DNA of 64,000 nt from Bispira polyomma (Eukaryota), in contig OZ287750.1 of the NCBI GenBank assembly GCA_965649765.1, forward strand, positions 52,142,001-52,206,000, read 5' to 3'. A program made the translations under genes and the position numbers. Shown here piece after piece: positions 26,805-37,610 of this stretch (its first letter is position 1; each line of letters opens with the position of its first letter). The notes under the pieces are model-generated. The model searched no databases. It had not been told where the DNA came from and worked only from the letters and a program-made list of their open reading frames with translations.

Positions 26805-27822
26805 CTTGTGGGTCTGGGTGTGTGTGTGTGGGTCTCTAAGTGTGTGGGATATGTATGGGTCTATGTGTATGGGTGGGTCTGTGAGTGTGTGGGTCTATGG
26901 GTGCAGGTGTCTGTATGAGTGTGTGTGGGACTGTGAGAGTGTGTAGGTCTGTGTGCGTGAGGGTCTGTGGGTGCAGGTGTCTATGAGTTTGTGGGTCTAG
27001 GTGTGTGTGTGTGTGTGTGTTCATGTGTGTGTGGGTTTGTGTGTATATGGTAGGTAGGTCTGTGAGTGTGTGGGTCTGTGTGTGTGTGTGTTTATGTGTG
27101 TGTGGGTTTGTATGTACATGGTAAGTAGGTCTGTTAGTGTGTCGGTCTGTGTGTGTGAGTGTGTGTCGGTGTAGTTCTGTGGTGTGAGTGTGTGTCGGTG
27201 TAGTTCTGTGGTGTGGGTCTGTGTGGGTCTGGGTCTGTATGAGTGGGTGTGGCTATGTGAATGAGTGTGTCTATGAGTGTGTGTGTCTATGGGTCTGGGT
27301 CTCTGTATGTGTCTGTTAGTGTTTACGTATGTCTGTGTCTGGCTGTGTGTCTGAGTGTACATGTTTGGTCTGTGAATGTCTGTGTTCATGGGTCTGGGTC
27401 TGTATGAGTGTGTGTGTGTCTGTGAGTGTCTGTGGGTCTGTGAGTGTCTGTTGGTCTGGGTCTGTATGAGTATGTGGGGTTGTGAGTGTATAAGTGTGGG
27501 TCTGTGGATGTGTGGGTCTGTATGAGTGGGTTTGCGTCTGTGAGTGTGTGGGTGACTGTGTGGGTCTGGATGAGTGTGTGAGTGTGTGGGTGTCTGTGTG
27601 GGTCTGGGTCTGTATGAGTATGTGGGGCTGTGAGTGTCTGTGGGTCTTGGTCTCTATGATTGGGTCTGGGTCTGTATGAGTGGGTGTAGGTTTGTGAGTG
27701 TGGATGGGTCTGTGAGTGTGTGTGTAGGTCTGGTCTCTATGTGTGTTTGTGTGTGGGTATGTCTGTGTCTGGATGTGTGTGTGGGTCTGTATGAGTGGGT
27801 GTTTATGTGAGTGTCTGTGTAT
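26805..27822. repeat. (TG)-rich low-complexity / complex microsatellite
   Basis: gtgtgtgggtctgtatgagt-like units; source of the spurious His/Thr and Val/Cys ORFs. Confidence 0.9.
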
Positions 27823-27916
27823 GTGTTGTTAATCAGTACATTTCTCTATGGGTCATTGTATCAGATTTATTGTCTCATGACAACCTTTACCATCCTCCAC
27901 ACTTTGTTAATTACAG

Positions 27917-27970
27917 GGAGACAAAGGAGTCAGAGGTCAAACAGGATTGCCTGGACTCATTGGGATAAAG
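27917..27970 (+). CDS. Collagen exon 14 (54 nt) GDKGVRGQTGLPGLIGIK
   Basis: ttacag| ... |gtgagt. Confidence 0.95.
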
Positions 27971-28410
27971 GTGAGTCTGGATTAGCAGAATTAAAGATAA
28001 TAATGATTGAAGCATTTATAGAACACCAAATTAATGAAAACATCCCCTAGGCGCTAATATCCAAAAAAGGATGGTCTAGCAATAATAAGAAGATCAACAG
28101 TGAGTCTTGATAAACAGGTTGTTTGCATTGAGCGGCACAAGCTAGACATATTGCAATGTCAGAAAAAGTACAGTAGAACATCTAGTATCCAAACACGTTG
28201 GAGTGATCATCTGTTCAGATACGAGAATGTTTGTATTTTCACATATAGTTAATTCATCATAATAACAAAACATGTGCTGCCGTGCTGTCAGTAACTCTTG
28301 AGGGATGATTTTGATTGAAGAAACCACATCATGAAAGCTTCTTATGATGCAAGTGATAACATTTGCTGTAATAGGTACCTTGACCTCTATTGACTTCTTG
28401 TTTGTTCCAG

Positions 28411-28473
28411 GGTGATGAAGGTAACGAGGGAGCACGTGGGGAGAGAGGTCCAATCGGTCCTAGAGGGGCTAAT
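28411..28473 (+). CDS. Collagen exon 15 (63 nt) GDEGNEGARGERGPIGPRGAN
   Basis: ttccag| ... |gtaagt. Confidence 0.95.
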
Positions 28474-28862
28474 GTAAGTATTTGACACACGCATACAGGG
28501 ACACACATATACATACACACAGGGAAATACAGGGACACACATACACATACAGGGACCACGTGGGCAGAGATCCAATCTGATATAGGTGGGGCTAACATAA
28601 GTATACAGACACACGCATATAGGGACACACACACACATACACACAGGGACAGACAGGAAGGGACATTCACACATACAGGGTCCAATATGACCTAGGGGGC
28701 CTAATGTAAGTATACAGACACACACATATAGGGAAACACATGTATATACACACAGGGAAATACAGGGACACACACATGGGGAGAGGTGTAGTCTGACCTA
28801 GGGGGGCCTAACATAAGTATACAGACACAGGGACACACAGGCATACATACAGACACATACAT
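28474..28862 (+). repeat. Three degenerate copies of exon 15 3' end + donor + (CA)-rich spacer
   Basis: ccaat..cctagggggcctaa(tg/ca)taagtatacagacac at about 28570, 28682, 28795. Confidence 0.85.
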
Positions 28863-29185
28863 AGCCCTTTGCTTATTGCCTGGAAGTGCAAGGCATTATA
28901 ATATATGACATTTGATCGTTGCTTATTACTACATCGATCATGAAAGTAAACAATGACAGTTGTGAAGATTATTCTGAATGACTTTTTTAGTGAAAGTTTA
29001 TTATTTCAGCTTCCCTAGTATATAACTTTAACAATAGAGTGGATCATGTTTTTGTTACTGTCTAAGTTCAGTACATTTTCATATTTGTTTTTTATAACTG
29101 GACTCTCAGTGCCTTCTTACTTTTGATTTGTTGTGTCATCAAATCCCCTACACAGTGTCTCACTTCAATCTCTGTGTGTTTCCAG

Positions 29186-29257
29186 GGTAATCCAGGTATT
29201 CCAGGACCTCCAGGTGTGATGGGACCAATGGGGCTGAGTGGACCACCAGGACCAGCG
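29186..29257 (+). CDS. Collagen exon 16 (72 nt) GNPGIPGPPGVMGPMGLSGPPGPA
   Basis: ttccag| ... |gtaagt. Confidence 0.95.
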
Positions 29258-29289
29258 GTAAGTATTGTAAAATTACCATGATTCTAGAC

Positions 29290-29690
29290 TGATTACACGT
29301 TCTTCAAATGTCAACCTAATCACACCTCAACTTCAAGAGACTCCTTCAGCTCCCAGTTAAAAAATTTGAATTTAATTCAAAATTGGCCTGGTTACATACA
29401 AAGCTCTTAAATATAGTCAACCAGTATATTGTTAAAGATACGTTCAACTCTTACACATCTCTCAGGAACATATCAGGCGCAGTTGTCCAAATACAAGTGT
29501 CCTTAGTACTTTACCAAGTCTTGTACCTACTATTTACTCCCTCTTTTTGGGGAATTATTTACCTTTTAGTTGATCCTATCTCTTAGTTACTTCAATCTTT
29601 TTTGCATCAGCCTTCCATACATATTATGCCGTCCCTCCTTTGTGGTAACATTTCTTTGGATTGCTGATGATTGTAATAAAAATGTATAGG
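29290..29690 (+). mobile_element. Degraded L2/CR1 LINE 3' end
   Basis: Broken reading ITPQLQ..LQLPVK..IQNW/FKIGLVTYKALK resembles the L2 ORF2 C-terminus. Confidence 0.55.
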
Positions 29691-30073
29691 TAAAAGTGGT
29701 TGGGTGATAAATGAAGTTTTATTTGGGGGTATTGGTGCCAAAGAATAGGATTTGAGTACCATTGTGTCATGAGCGGGTACCCAGCAGACCGGGGTACTTA
29801 ATTGTTGAGATCTCTTGTCAAAATAAATTTGTGGATCCCCAGAGTTTCAGTGGTCTGTCTGTCTCTGTATAACCATTGATCCCCCATGGTTTTAGAAATA
29901 CCGGAAGTGCGCATCGAACACAAAAGCTGTGCGTGCGCAATTCGTAGCCATACTTTATCTGGGAAAACAGATCACATATAAATAGTTCCGTCAGTAGCTA
30001 CAAATATAGTTCACAGTAAGTTTGAAAATATCTTATTTTTTTGCTTTAAAATATACTGTTGTCAATCTTCTAA

Positions 30074-30226
30074 TAGAAATAAAGTACACAGGCTTGTACT
30101 TTATTGGCGAATAAAGAACAGCCTGCCGGCATAATGAACTCGGGCCTATCAGCCCTGGTCCATTATTCCGCCCTAAGTGAGTCCTTTATTTGTCAATAAA
30201 ATGCTCGCTCTTTATCTTTATTTCTA
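30074..30226. repeat. 153-nt imperfect palindrome (hairpin MITE-like)
   Basis: tagaaataaag/ctttatttcta, tttattggcgaataaagaac/gtcctttatttgtcaataaa, ataatgaactcgggc/gccctggtccattat pair symmetrically. Confidence 0.75.
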
Positions 30227-30229
30227 CAG

Positions 30230-30802
30230 GATATTGGTCTGATGATCGGAAGCTACACCAGGTTCAATTCCCGGTACCGACCACTAGGTTCATTTGGTGG
30301 TATAACATCCTTGGGCAAGATGTCAATACCAGTTTGCCTAGTGGCTTGGATGACCACATAAAATGGCAGTCTTCTGTCACTAAGTACTATCTCCAATGGC
30401 AGATTAAAGGTATTTAGGGACGTCGATAAATGGTCATCCTCAAGTAAGCCTCAGCGTCCACAGTGGCTGCCGGGGGCCGCGGTGGCCTAGTGGTTAGCAA
30501 GCATGGCGCTTCACAATCACTGGTCCCTCACCTCTGGGCAGCGTGAGTTCGAATCCCGTCGATGCCTATGTGGGAAAGGCGGTAGTTCCTTACTGTGGGC
30601 CGCTGGTTTCTCTGCAGAACCTTGACCGACTGTATGCAGTGTTTCCCCCAGCGTGTCCAACTACCCGTCCCAATATAACCTACTAAAAGGTACTAGAGTG
30701 GACGTTAAATATCCAAATTCAAATTCCACAGTGGCTGCCCATGAAGAAGCGCATTTGAAATGACCCTATGCTGTATAAGTGTGCTATAATAGATGTCATA
30801 TT
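30230..30802 (+). mobile_element. tRNA-derived SINE family C (host), interrupted by a family A SINE
   Basis: Matches the reverse complement of 52530-52836 on both sides of the 30472-30724 insertion. Confidence 0.8.
30472..30724 (+). mobile_element. tRNA-derived SINE family A, best-preserved copy
   Basis: A-box TGGCCTAGTGG, B-box GTTCGAATCC, (AAATTC)n tail, 15-bp TSD TCCACAGTGGCTGCC (30457-30471 / 30725-30739). Confidence 0.92.
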
Positions 30803-30831
30803 TTAACTGCTGATGTTGTTGTGTATTTCAG

Positions 30832-30858
30832 GGACCCCCAGGACCTGCTGGCCCAGCT
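30832..30858 (+). CDS. Collagen exon 17 (27 nt) GPPGPAGPA
   Basis: tttcag| ... |gtaagt. Confidence 0.92.
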
Positions 30859-31401
30859 GTAAGTACTGATCTGTGGCTGTATACTCTCTATAATAATCAC
30901 GAGCTCTACTCACACTTAGAGCTCAAATAGAAGATGTCACTATCTTAAAGGAAGATACATACATTCTTACTACATGTATTCGAGTTGAGCACTGAAAGCT
31001 CTATTAAAATGAATGGTCACAAGTATGGGTTATGTACATGTACAGGAGTTACATATAGTCTTCATTTAAGTTATTTCTCTGTTTAATCTTTAGTTTCTTT
31101 GAAGAATATGTGTTTCTGAAGACCATCAATACTACTTTGAGGGATTTAAAATATAGAGAAATTGAATCTGGTTGAGTCTGTAGAAATGCTTTAAAAGAAA
31201 TCAAATATAATTCAATCAGTCATTTGGACCACAGATATACACTAACTTCAAGATATTGTTTAATTTTCTGTATGTAATCCCACACACACATACACAAAAA
31301 AATAATTAAGATAAGTTTTGAAAAAAAAATTGCTGCAAGTAAAACGAAAGTTTTCTGAAAGTACTACACACATATACCCTTTTGTTTACTGTTTTGTTTA
31401 G

Positions 31402-31464
31402 GGTGAGATTGGTAATATCAACAATCCATCTGATGGCGGTAACTTTGGACCACACGGACCCCCA
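31402..31464 (+). CDS. Collagen exon 18 (63 nt) GEIGNINNPSDGGNFGPHGPP (interruption)
   Basis: gtttag| ... |gtaagt. Confidence 0.92.
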
Positions 31465-31624
31465 GTAAGTAACGCTAAATCATGTGACAGGAAGTAAACA
31501 TAGACATTAGTCAGAGTGCAGTTGTACTATTATTTCATGTACAAAACGTTCTATATTTAATGTTTCACAAACTGACATGGTGGAAATTTCTGTTAAACTT
31601 AAACATACATAGGTTATCAGGTAG

Positions 31625-31848
31625 TTTTTATCAGGTTCAGCCTGATTTTGTTTTTATTCTAAAAAGTACGCCGCCATTTAAAAGGGTGCTGCCATTTTAG
31701 AAATAATATGTAAAATCTTCATGGCTTAGTTGGAAGCAATCAACCCAGTCCAAACTGAGCTGTGTCAGTTCTACCTGAGTATATAATGGCCACATCAACG
31801 TCAGTGTATTTCACACTGTGCACCTGTGGCTTTTTAAAAAGACCGTTC
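31625..31848 (+). repeat. Dispersed repeat; second direct copy at about 34973-35266
   Basis: tttttatcagg..cagcctgat..ttggaagcaat..ccaaactgag..tttttaaaaagac shared in order. Confidence 0.8.
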
Positions 31849-31944
31849 ATGTTTCCCTTAGCATTTGTAATCTAGCATTTGGATGTTGTGCCTTAGAATC
31901 CGTCAGTACGGAGATTAAGCGCTTTGTATACTGAATAACTCTTA

Positions 31945-32105
31945 GACTAGTGGTAAAACACTCGCCTCCCACCTCTGTAGTCACGTGTATATAGGGAAAG
32001 ATGGCAGTATAGTTGCTGAAGGCTGGTTTCTGATTTCTTCCACCAGTGAACTGCCTGTCGTGATATGACACAAGACGTGTTTAAAGAGATGTTAAACTCA
32101 AACTA
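31945..32105 (+). mobile_element. tRNA-derived SINE family B (internally deleted); related copies at about 8380-8870 and 43665-43810
   Basis: tagtggtaaaacactcgcctcccacctctg ... ttgctgaaggctgg ... ccaccagtgaactgcctg ... gatgttaaac. Confidence 0.7.
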
Positions 32106-32220
32106 TTCGATTAAAGATACAGTCAACCTGTAAATCTTGTATTACTCTTGTGTGTGTGTTCAAAATATGTGTACAATAATGTGAGACAAAGGTGCTGTAC
32201 AGTGATACTCTGCTCAAATG

Positions 32221-32578
32221 ATAGAAGGTACTGAAAATAGAATAGGCATTTGAGTATAATAGAAGGTACTCAAAATAGAATAGGTATTTGAGTATAATAG
32301 AAGGTACTCAAAATAGAATAGGTATTTGAGTATAATAGAAGGTACTCAAAATAGAATAGGTATTATGTATAATAGAAGGTACTCCAAATAGAATAGGTAT
32401 TTGAGTATAATAGAAGGTACTCCAAATAGAATAGGTATTTGAGTATAATAGGTACTCCAAATAGAATAGGCATTTGAGTATAATAGAAGGTACTGAAAAT
32501 TGAATAGGTATTTGAGTATAATAGAAGGTACTCCAAATAGAATAGGTATTTGAGTATAATAGAAGGTACTCAAAATAG
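32221..32578. repeat. 38-bp minisatellite x about 9
   Basis: atagaaggtactcaaaatagaataggtatttgagtata. Confidence 0.92.
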
Positions 32579-32764
32579 ATAAGTTATTGTAATAAAAACA
32601 TCATCCTGCAATAAAGTTTATGAAATCAAATGTACAAATATTAGAAGGTAGAAGGATATGACAGAGGTTCTGAATTACTAAATTTCCAGTGCTAGGTTAG
32701 ATACTGTTGCCTTACATTGCAGATAACTATGGGTTTTACCATGTCCCATCATTTTGTGTTTTAG

Positions 32765-32797
32765 GGTCCAGCAGGAGCTTTGGGACCTCCAGGAATG
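32765..32797 (+). CDS. Collagen exon 19 (33 nt) GPAGALGPPGM
   Basis: ttttag| ... |gtatgt; ends mid-triplet and is completed by the P that opens the next exon. Confidence 0.94.
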
Positions 32798-33519
32798 GTA
32801 TGTACATCTATGTGGTTTAAATGAATATAAATATTCAAGTGTTTTGTAACATAGCCATTAAAACTCAATGTCAAGATAGTGTACTTAATTCACGAGAGTT
32901 TGCTTTAGTCTATATAACCACTGCAGCTTCTAATGACCTTTTGATCAGACCTTATTAAATATTTATTTTTATACAAACATTAACAATGGTAAACTTTAAT
33001 ATTAGACAAAAATAGTGTTAACACAGCTTTTAAAGATATTCTTTTATGGTAACATCACACAAATTTGATACCTTTGTACAAGCATCCATATATATATATA
33101 TATGAATAATGGTAAGATGGAGCGTCTCTTATATTATGGCCATAATAATACTAATAGACCTGGCACAAAATACAATCTCTATAACCACTACTTTAGAAAA
33201 CATGTTTTATTATCAATGACTGTTTTCCAAGATGTTCTTTTACTGTATATAAAGTGGGAAAGCAACACAAAACATCCCTCTTAGATAGTTCCACTTGAGT
33301 ATCTTTTCTAAATTCACCGGTTAAGTGTATTTTATGGGAAAACTAAATTGTACAAAATAACATTAAATTCTTTCCTTTTTTTCAGTGGTGTATTTTGTAT
33401 GTACCTTTGTGTTACATGACTGCTGTCTACTTATCATCTATTTTATCTCTTAGTAATCTTAACAGAGAAAATCATCTCTCCACCTCTTAAGCTTCTTACC
33501 CAAAAAGCTGGCTGCTTTA

Positions 33520-33790
33520 AAAAACATCAAAGTTGCAGCATCTGCTGAAAGGAATAGTCTTCCTACTAGTCTTCACACTGAGACAATGATCACAGGCTTT
33601 AGGAAATAGTTCAAAACACATCTGTATCAACTCGCTTTTCCGCTTAACATTCGTTTGCTGGTCATGACTGAAATTCTGATCATGAACCATTTCTCCTATG
33701 GAACTATTCTTTTGCATACTGATTGGAATGTGCATAACAGAGGATGCCTGGTCATCGATTGTGGCACTATAGAAGTAAAAACATTAATTA
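33520..33790 (+). mobile_element. Degraded L2-like LINE 3' end
   Basis: VAASAERNSLPTSL ... GFRK*FKTHLY resembles the WNSLP...FK..LKT.L terminus. Confidence 0.5.
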
Positions 33791-33823
33791 CCAGTTATAC
33801 AGTATTTATTTGCTGTTTTTCAG

Positions 33824-33970
33824 CCTGGTGTCCGAGGGCCACCTGGTGAATCAGGCCCTTCTGGGGTGCCTGGAAATCCAGGGGTACACGGAAACCAGGG
33901 ATCACCAGGTCCCCCCGGATCCAGGGGGTTAACAGGACAGCCAGGGAAACCAGGGATGCCGGGCTTACCT
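33824..33970 (+). CDS. Collagen exon 20 (147 nt) PGVRGPP...GMPGLP, end of COL2
   Basis: tttcag| ... |gtaagt; P plus 16 triplets. Confidence 0.96.
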
Positions 33971-34530
33971 GTAAGTTGTCTTGAAGTATTTGGAGGGCTG
34001 CTTGTTCTAACAATAGAAATCAGATGGAAATCTTTGTGTGTCAGAATCAATATCATTTGGCTGTTGACTGTTCAATAAGGGTATTAGTCACGCAAACACG
34101 ACTATTTTCTGTTTGAAGATGTGTTCTCTTGGCTACAAGTGCTTATATTTTTAAGGCAGAATATTGGAATAAGGACGGATTTTCAAAAGCAGAATCCTGG
34201 GGGTAAATTTTCAGTACTGTCTCATCCTTAGTTTTTATGATTCAAAAAATATGTCACCCATAAATGTTGTAACCATAACTACTGAACAATGATGTTCAGT
34301 TAAATTCAGTTTGAATTGGTAAGACTTCTAGCTTTATATTACCTAGATTATATATGTTGCTTTGTTGCGCCTTAAAATCTGGTAGTACAAAGATTGAGTG
34401 CCATTACAAAATTGATTAGATTAGATGACGGTTGCATTTGTTAATTAGATTAGATAACGGTTTGAATTGGTAAGACTTCTAACTTTATCTCACTAAGATA
34501 ATATATGTTGCTTTGTTTCTATGGTAATAG

Positions 34531-34585
34531 GGACGTAGCGTACCACTCTCCAAAGTCAGGGATATCTGCCGTGAAATACTCAGAG
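34531..34585 (+). CDS. Collagen exon 21 (55 nt) NC2 helix GRSVPLSKVRDICREILR(E)
   Basis: taatag| ... G|gtaaga; supplies the phase 0 to phase 1 bridge required between exons 20 and 22; amphipathic with one Cys. Confidence 0.9.
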
Positions 34586-35402
34586 GTAAGATCACATATA
34601 CTTCACAAATTATTTATTTATTTATATATCAGACATATTTATATGACTTACAAAACAATTGGAGGAAAATGGAATATATTTATTCAAAATTTATGCGAAA
34701 ATAAGAAGCATTTTATGAATATCTTTTTTGATTCACATAGTTCGTCTAATCATTGTCAAACCTAGAGAAGGAATAAAATACCAAGAAAGTCTAATACATT
34801 CTACAATTAACAAGTCAAAGTGAACATGGTTTCACTTTGACAATAGCTTGACTCACAATGGTCCAATGGCTTGACAAAACTCTAGAATAGATTACCCTCT
34901 TTTGTAAAGGGCCTCTAATAAAACACTTTAATCTATTTATAGCATGTTGAAAACCAATCTCTTCCTCTGTGATTTTTATCAGGCACAGCCTGATGTTGTT
35001 TTTATTCTGAAAAGGGCGCCACTATTAAAATGGCGCCACTATCTTAGAAATAACATGTAATGTCTTCATGGATTGCTTGGAAGCAATTGACCCATCCAAA
35101 CTGAGGGGTATCAGATTTGCCTAAGTACCCTGCCATCCTAGAAATAATATGTAAGGCCTTCATGGATAGCTTGGAAGCAATCGAAACTGAGAGGTGTTTA
35201 TAGTAGCCATATCAACGTTAGTGCTTTTCACATTTTGCGCCTTTGTCTTTTTAAAAAGACAGTTCTTGTTGGGCTGATTATATTTTGTTGTCAATCTTTT
35301 TATGTGTCTGGATTTTGGAGAAAAAAAAAACACTGATTTCAGAATTGTCTGTTAGAAGTTAGAATTGTGTACTTGTTGATTGATGACTTTGTGTACCCAC
35401 AG

Positions 35403-35504
35403 AACAATTAGAGGAGTTAACACGGGATCTCATAGGCCCACCCGGACCCATGGGGGTGGGCAAACCTGGCAAACAAGGTCATCCGGGGATGCAGGGTATT
35501 CCAG
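35403..35504 (+). CDS. Collagen exon 22 (102 nt) (E)QLEELTRDLIGPPGPMGVGKPGKQGHPGMQGIP(G)
   Basis: ccacag| ... G|gtgagt; phase 1/1. Confidence 0.94.
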
Positions 35505-35976
35505 GTGAGTAGGGTGGAGGCATCACTAACTGGTCAATCTGTATGTGACACTAATAGTATGTGTCTTCAAAATCTTCATTTCAGTTTCCCCACCTTTAAA
35601 ATCTCTACATTATATTGTAAAAAATTACTTTTAAAAGCCTTTACTTTTAGATTCAAGACCTTTGTTGTAGGTATTACCAATCTCTGCGTGACATTGACTG
35701 TGTACTTTATAAAGTGTAAGTCTTAAAGCCACGGCGATTAGCCTAGAAATTGATGCATCAGTCGACCATATGGCGTTGAGTCTGGATGTATTATTCCCAA
35801 ATAGGGTCAAATTTTAGTATGCACCCGAACACTCATTGTTGCCCATGAAAAATATCAATAATAGATATAATTGTAACTTTAGGTTCATATTACACTGAAA
35901 TACGAAAAATATAATTAATAGATAAAATTGTAACTTTATGTTTATATTACATTTAAATTTGAAGTTATACTGTGGG

Positions 35977-36231
35977 GGGGTGCGCGGTGGCCTAGTGGTT
36001 AGCAAGCATTGCGTTCACAATCACTGGTCTATAACCTCTGGGTGGCGTGAGTTCGACTCCCATCGATGCCTATGTGGGAAAGGTGGTAGTTTCTTACGGT
36101 GGGCCGCTGGTTTCAGTGCAGAATCTTGATCAACTCTATGCAGTGTTTCCTCCAGCATTTCCAACTACCCGTCCCAATATAACCTAAACAGGTACTAGAG
36201 TGGACGTTAAATATCCCAATTCAAATTCAAA
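35977..36231 (+). mobile_element. tRNA-derived SINE family A
   Basis: Homologous to the 30472 copy; 11-bp TSD TATACTGTGGG (35966-35976 / 36232-36242). Confidence 0.9.
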
Positions 36232-36748
36232 TATACTGTGGGAAAGATCAAACACAGCTGAGTTTAGGTATGTATTAGGACTTAATTTATTTGAGAGTAG
36301 GCGATCATCAAAGCCTTACTTCAGCTTGCGGCTCTGGTAAATCTAATCTGCAGTTAAAAACATGTAGTATTTTGATTATATTTGTAAATACAATGGCAGA
36401 GTAAAAATGTTAAATTTAGTGAAAATACCTGCAAATCTTGTACAAAAACTCAGCCGTACAAATTATAACTTGCATGGTTTCAGTTAATTTGAGTTTTGTA
36501 CATGTTATATAACTTGTACAACTTTGGGCTTGTCAAAACAATAATTTTTCAGTCTATTTTGTGCTCAGTTTTTGTACAACAATCAAAAATCCTAACTTGT
36601 ACTTCACACATATATGAGAAAGAAATTACCATGTAACTGCTCTAGATTTCATGTTACAGAACACATATTTTACTACTTTTCACATGCTAAGTGTACAGTA
36701 CATCTGGTGCAACCTATAAGTCTTGACCCCCTTCTATTTTTGTCTTAG

Positions 36749-36838
36749 GTGACCCTGGACCAGCAGGCTTGCCTGGAGAGCGTGGTCTGATGGGTATTCC
36801 TGGACCCCCGGGCCCACTTGGACCCCAAGGAAGGATAG
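36749..36838 (+). CDS. Collagen exon 23 (90 nt) (G)DPGPAGLPGERGLMGIPGPPGPLGPQGRI(G)
   Basis: tcttag| ... G|gtgagt; phase 1/1. Confidence 0.95.
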
Positions 36839-36859
36839 GTGAGTTGATTGTCTTATCTA

Positions 36860-37170
36860 AATGACAGGTATCCCTGAGATCAGGCAAGGACAGGTAAGTT
36901 TATTGTATCAGTTTTGATGGATATTCTTAATATACCCCTGAATTCCCGGTCCAAAGAAGGATAAGGCAGTAGGCTATTCCTAATGATACGCCTGATAACT
37001 TCAGGCCCTCTGAGACCCCAGGGAATGACAGGCATGTTGGTTGTCATATTGGTATGATGTATTTCCCAACCCCTTAGCCTTACAGGACCCCTGAGAATGA
37101 CAGGTTAGTTTGTTGTATTTGTCTGATGGGCATGCCCAGACCTCACATTTATCTGGTATGCCAGGGAACA
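36860..37170 (+). repeat. Degenerate copies of exon 23 3' half + donor
   Basis: Recurrent tgatgg.tattc..gacccc.g.gaa.gacag|g(t/c)..gt. Confidence 0.7.
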
Positions 37171-37532
37171 AAAGGTTTGCAGTTCAACAGTTCCATTGTT
37201 CCTTGAAGGTTTTTTTATATTCTAATGACTAGTGTTTGTCATCAAAATACTTATGCGGTTCCAAAGTACAATGCTGTATGGTCAAAGATTAAACATAGTT
37301 TTTAACATAAAAAATATGCACAATAGTGATAATCATAATTTAGTCAGTCAATTTGTGACACACAAGAAACAGAAAAAGTTTACGGTGTAACAATGTGATG
37401 CTGTCTGTGGAATGTCTTGTGAATAATTTAGAGAACCTTGTTACTAGACAGTGTAAATAAATCCTGAGCCCTTCCCCTCCCCATCCTTTGCACATGTAAT
37501 TAGACCCTCACACCCAAGCCCTGTGTTTTCAG

Positions 37533-37610
37533 GAGAGCGTGGGGACAAGGGTGAGCGTGGACTGACTGGTTATGGGGACGAAGGGCCGCGTGGTATCCAG
37601 GGACCTCCAG
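37533..37610 (+). CDS. Collagen exon 24 (78 nt) (G)ERGDKGERGLTGYGDEGPRGIQGPP(G)
   Basis: tttcag| ... G|gtataa; phase 1/1; contains RGD and the GY imperfection. Confidence 0.94.

Noticed and set aside
26836-28773. His/Thr- and Val/Cys-rich ORFs
   Set aside because: Translations of (TG)/(CA) microsatellite.
30472-30560. tRNA gene
   Set aside because: A and B boxes are present, but they run into a repeated body, tail and TSD, so this is a SINE head.
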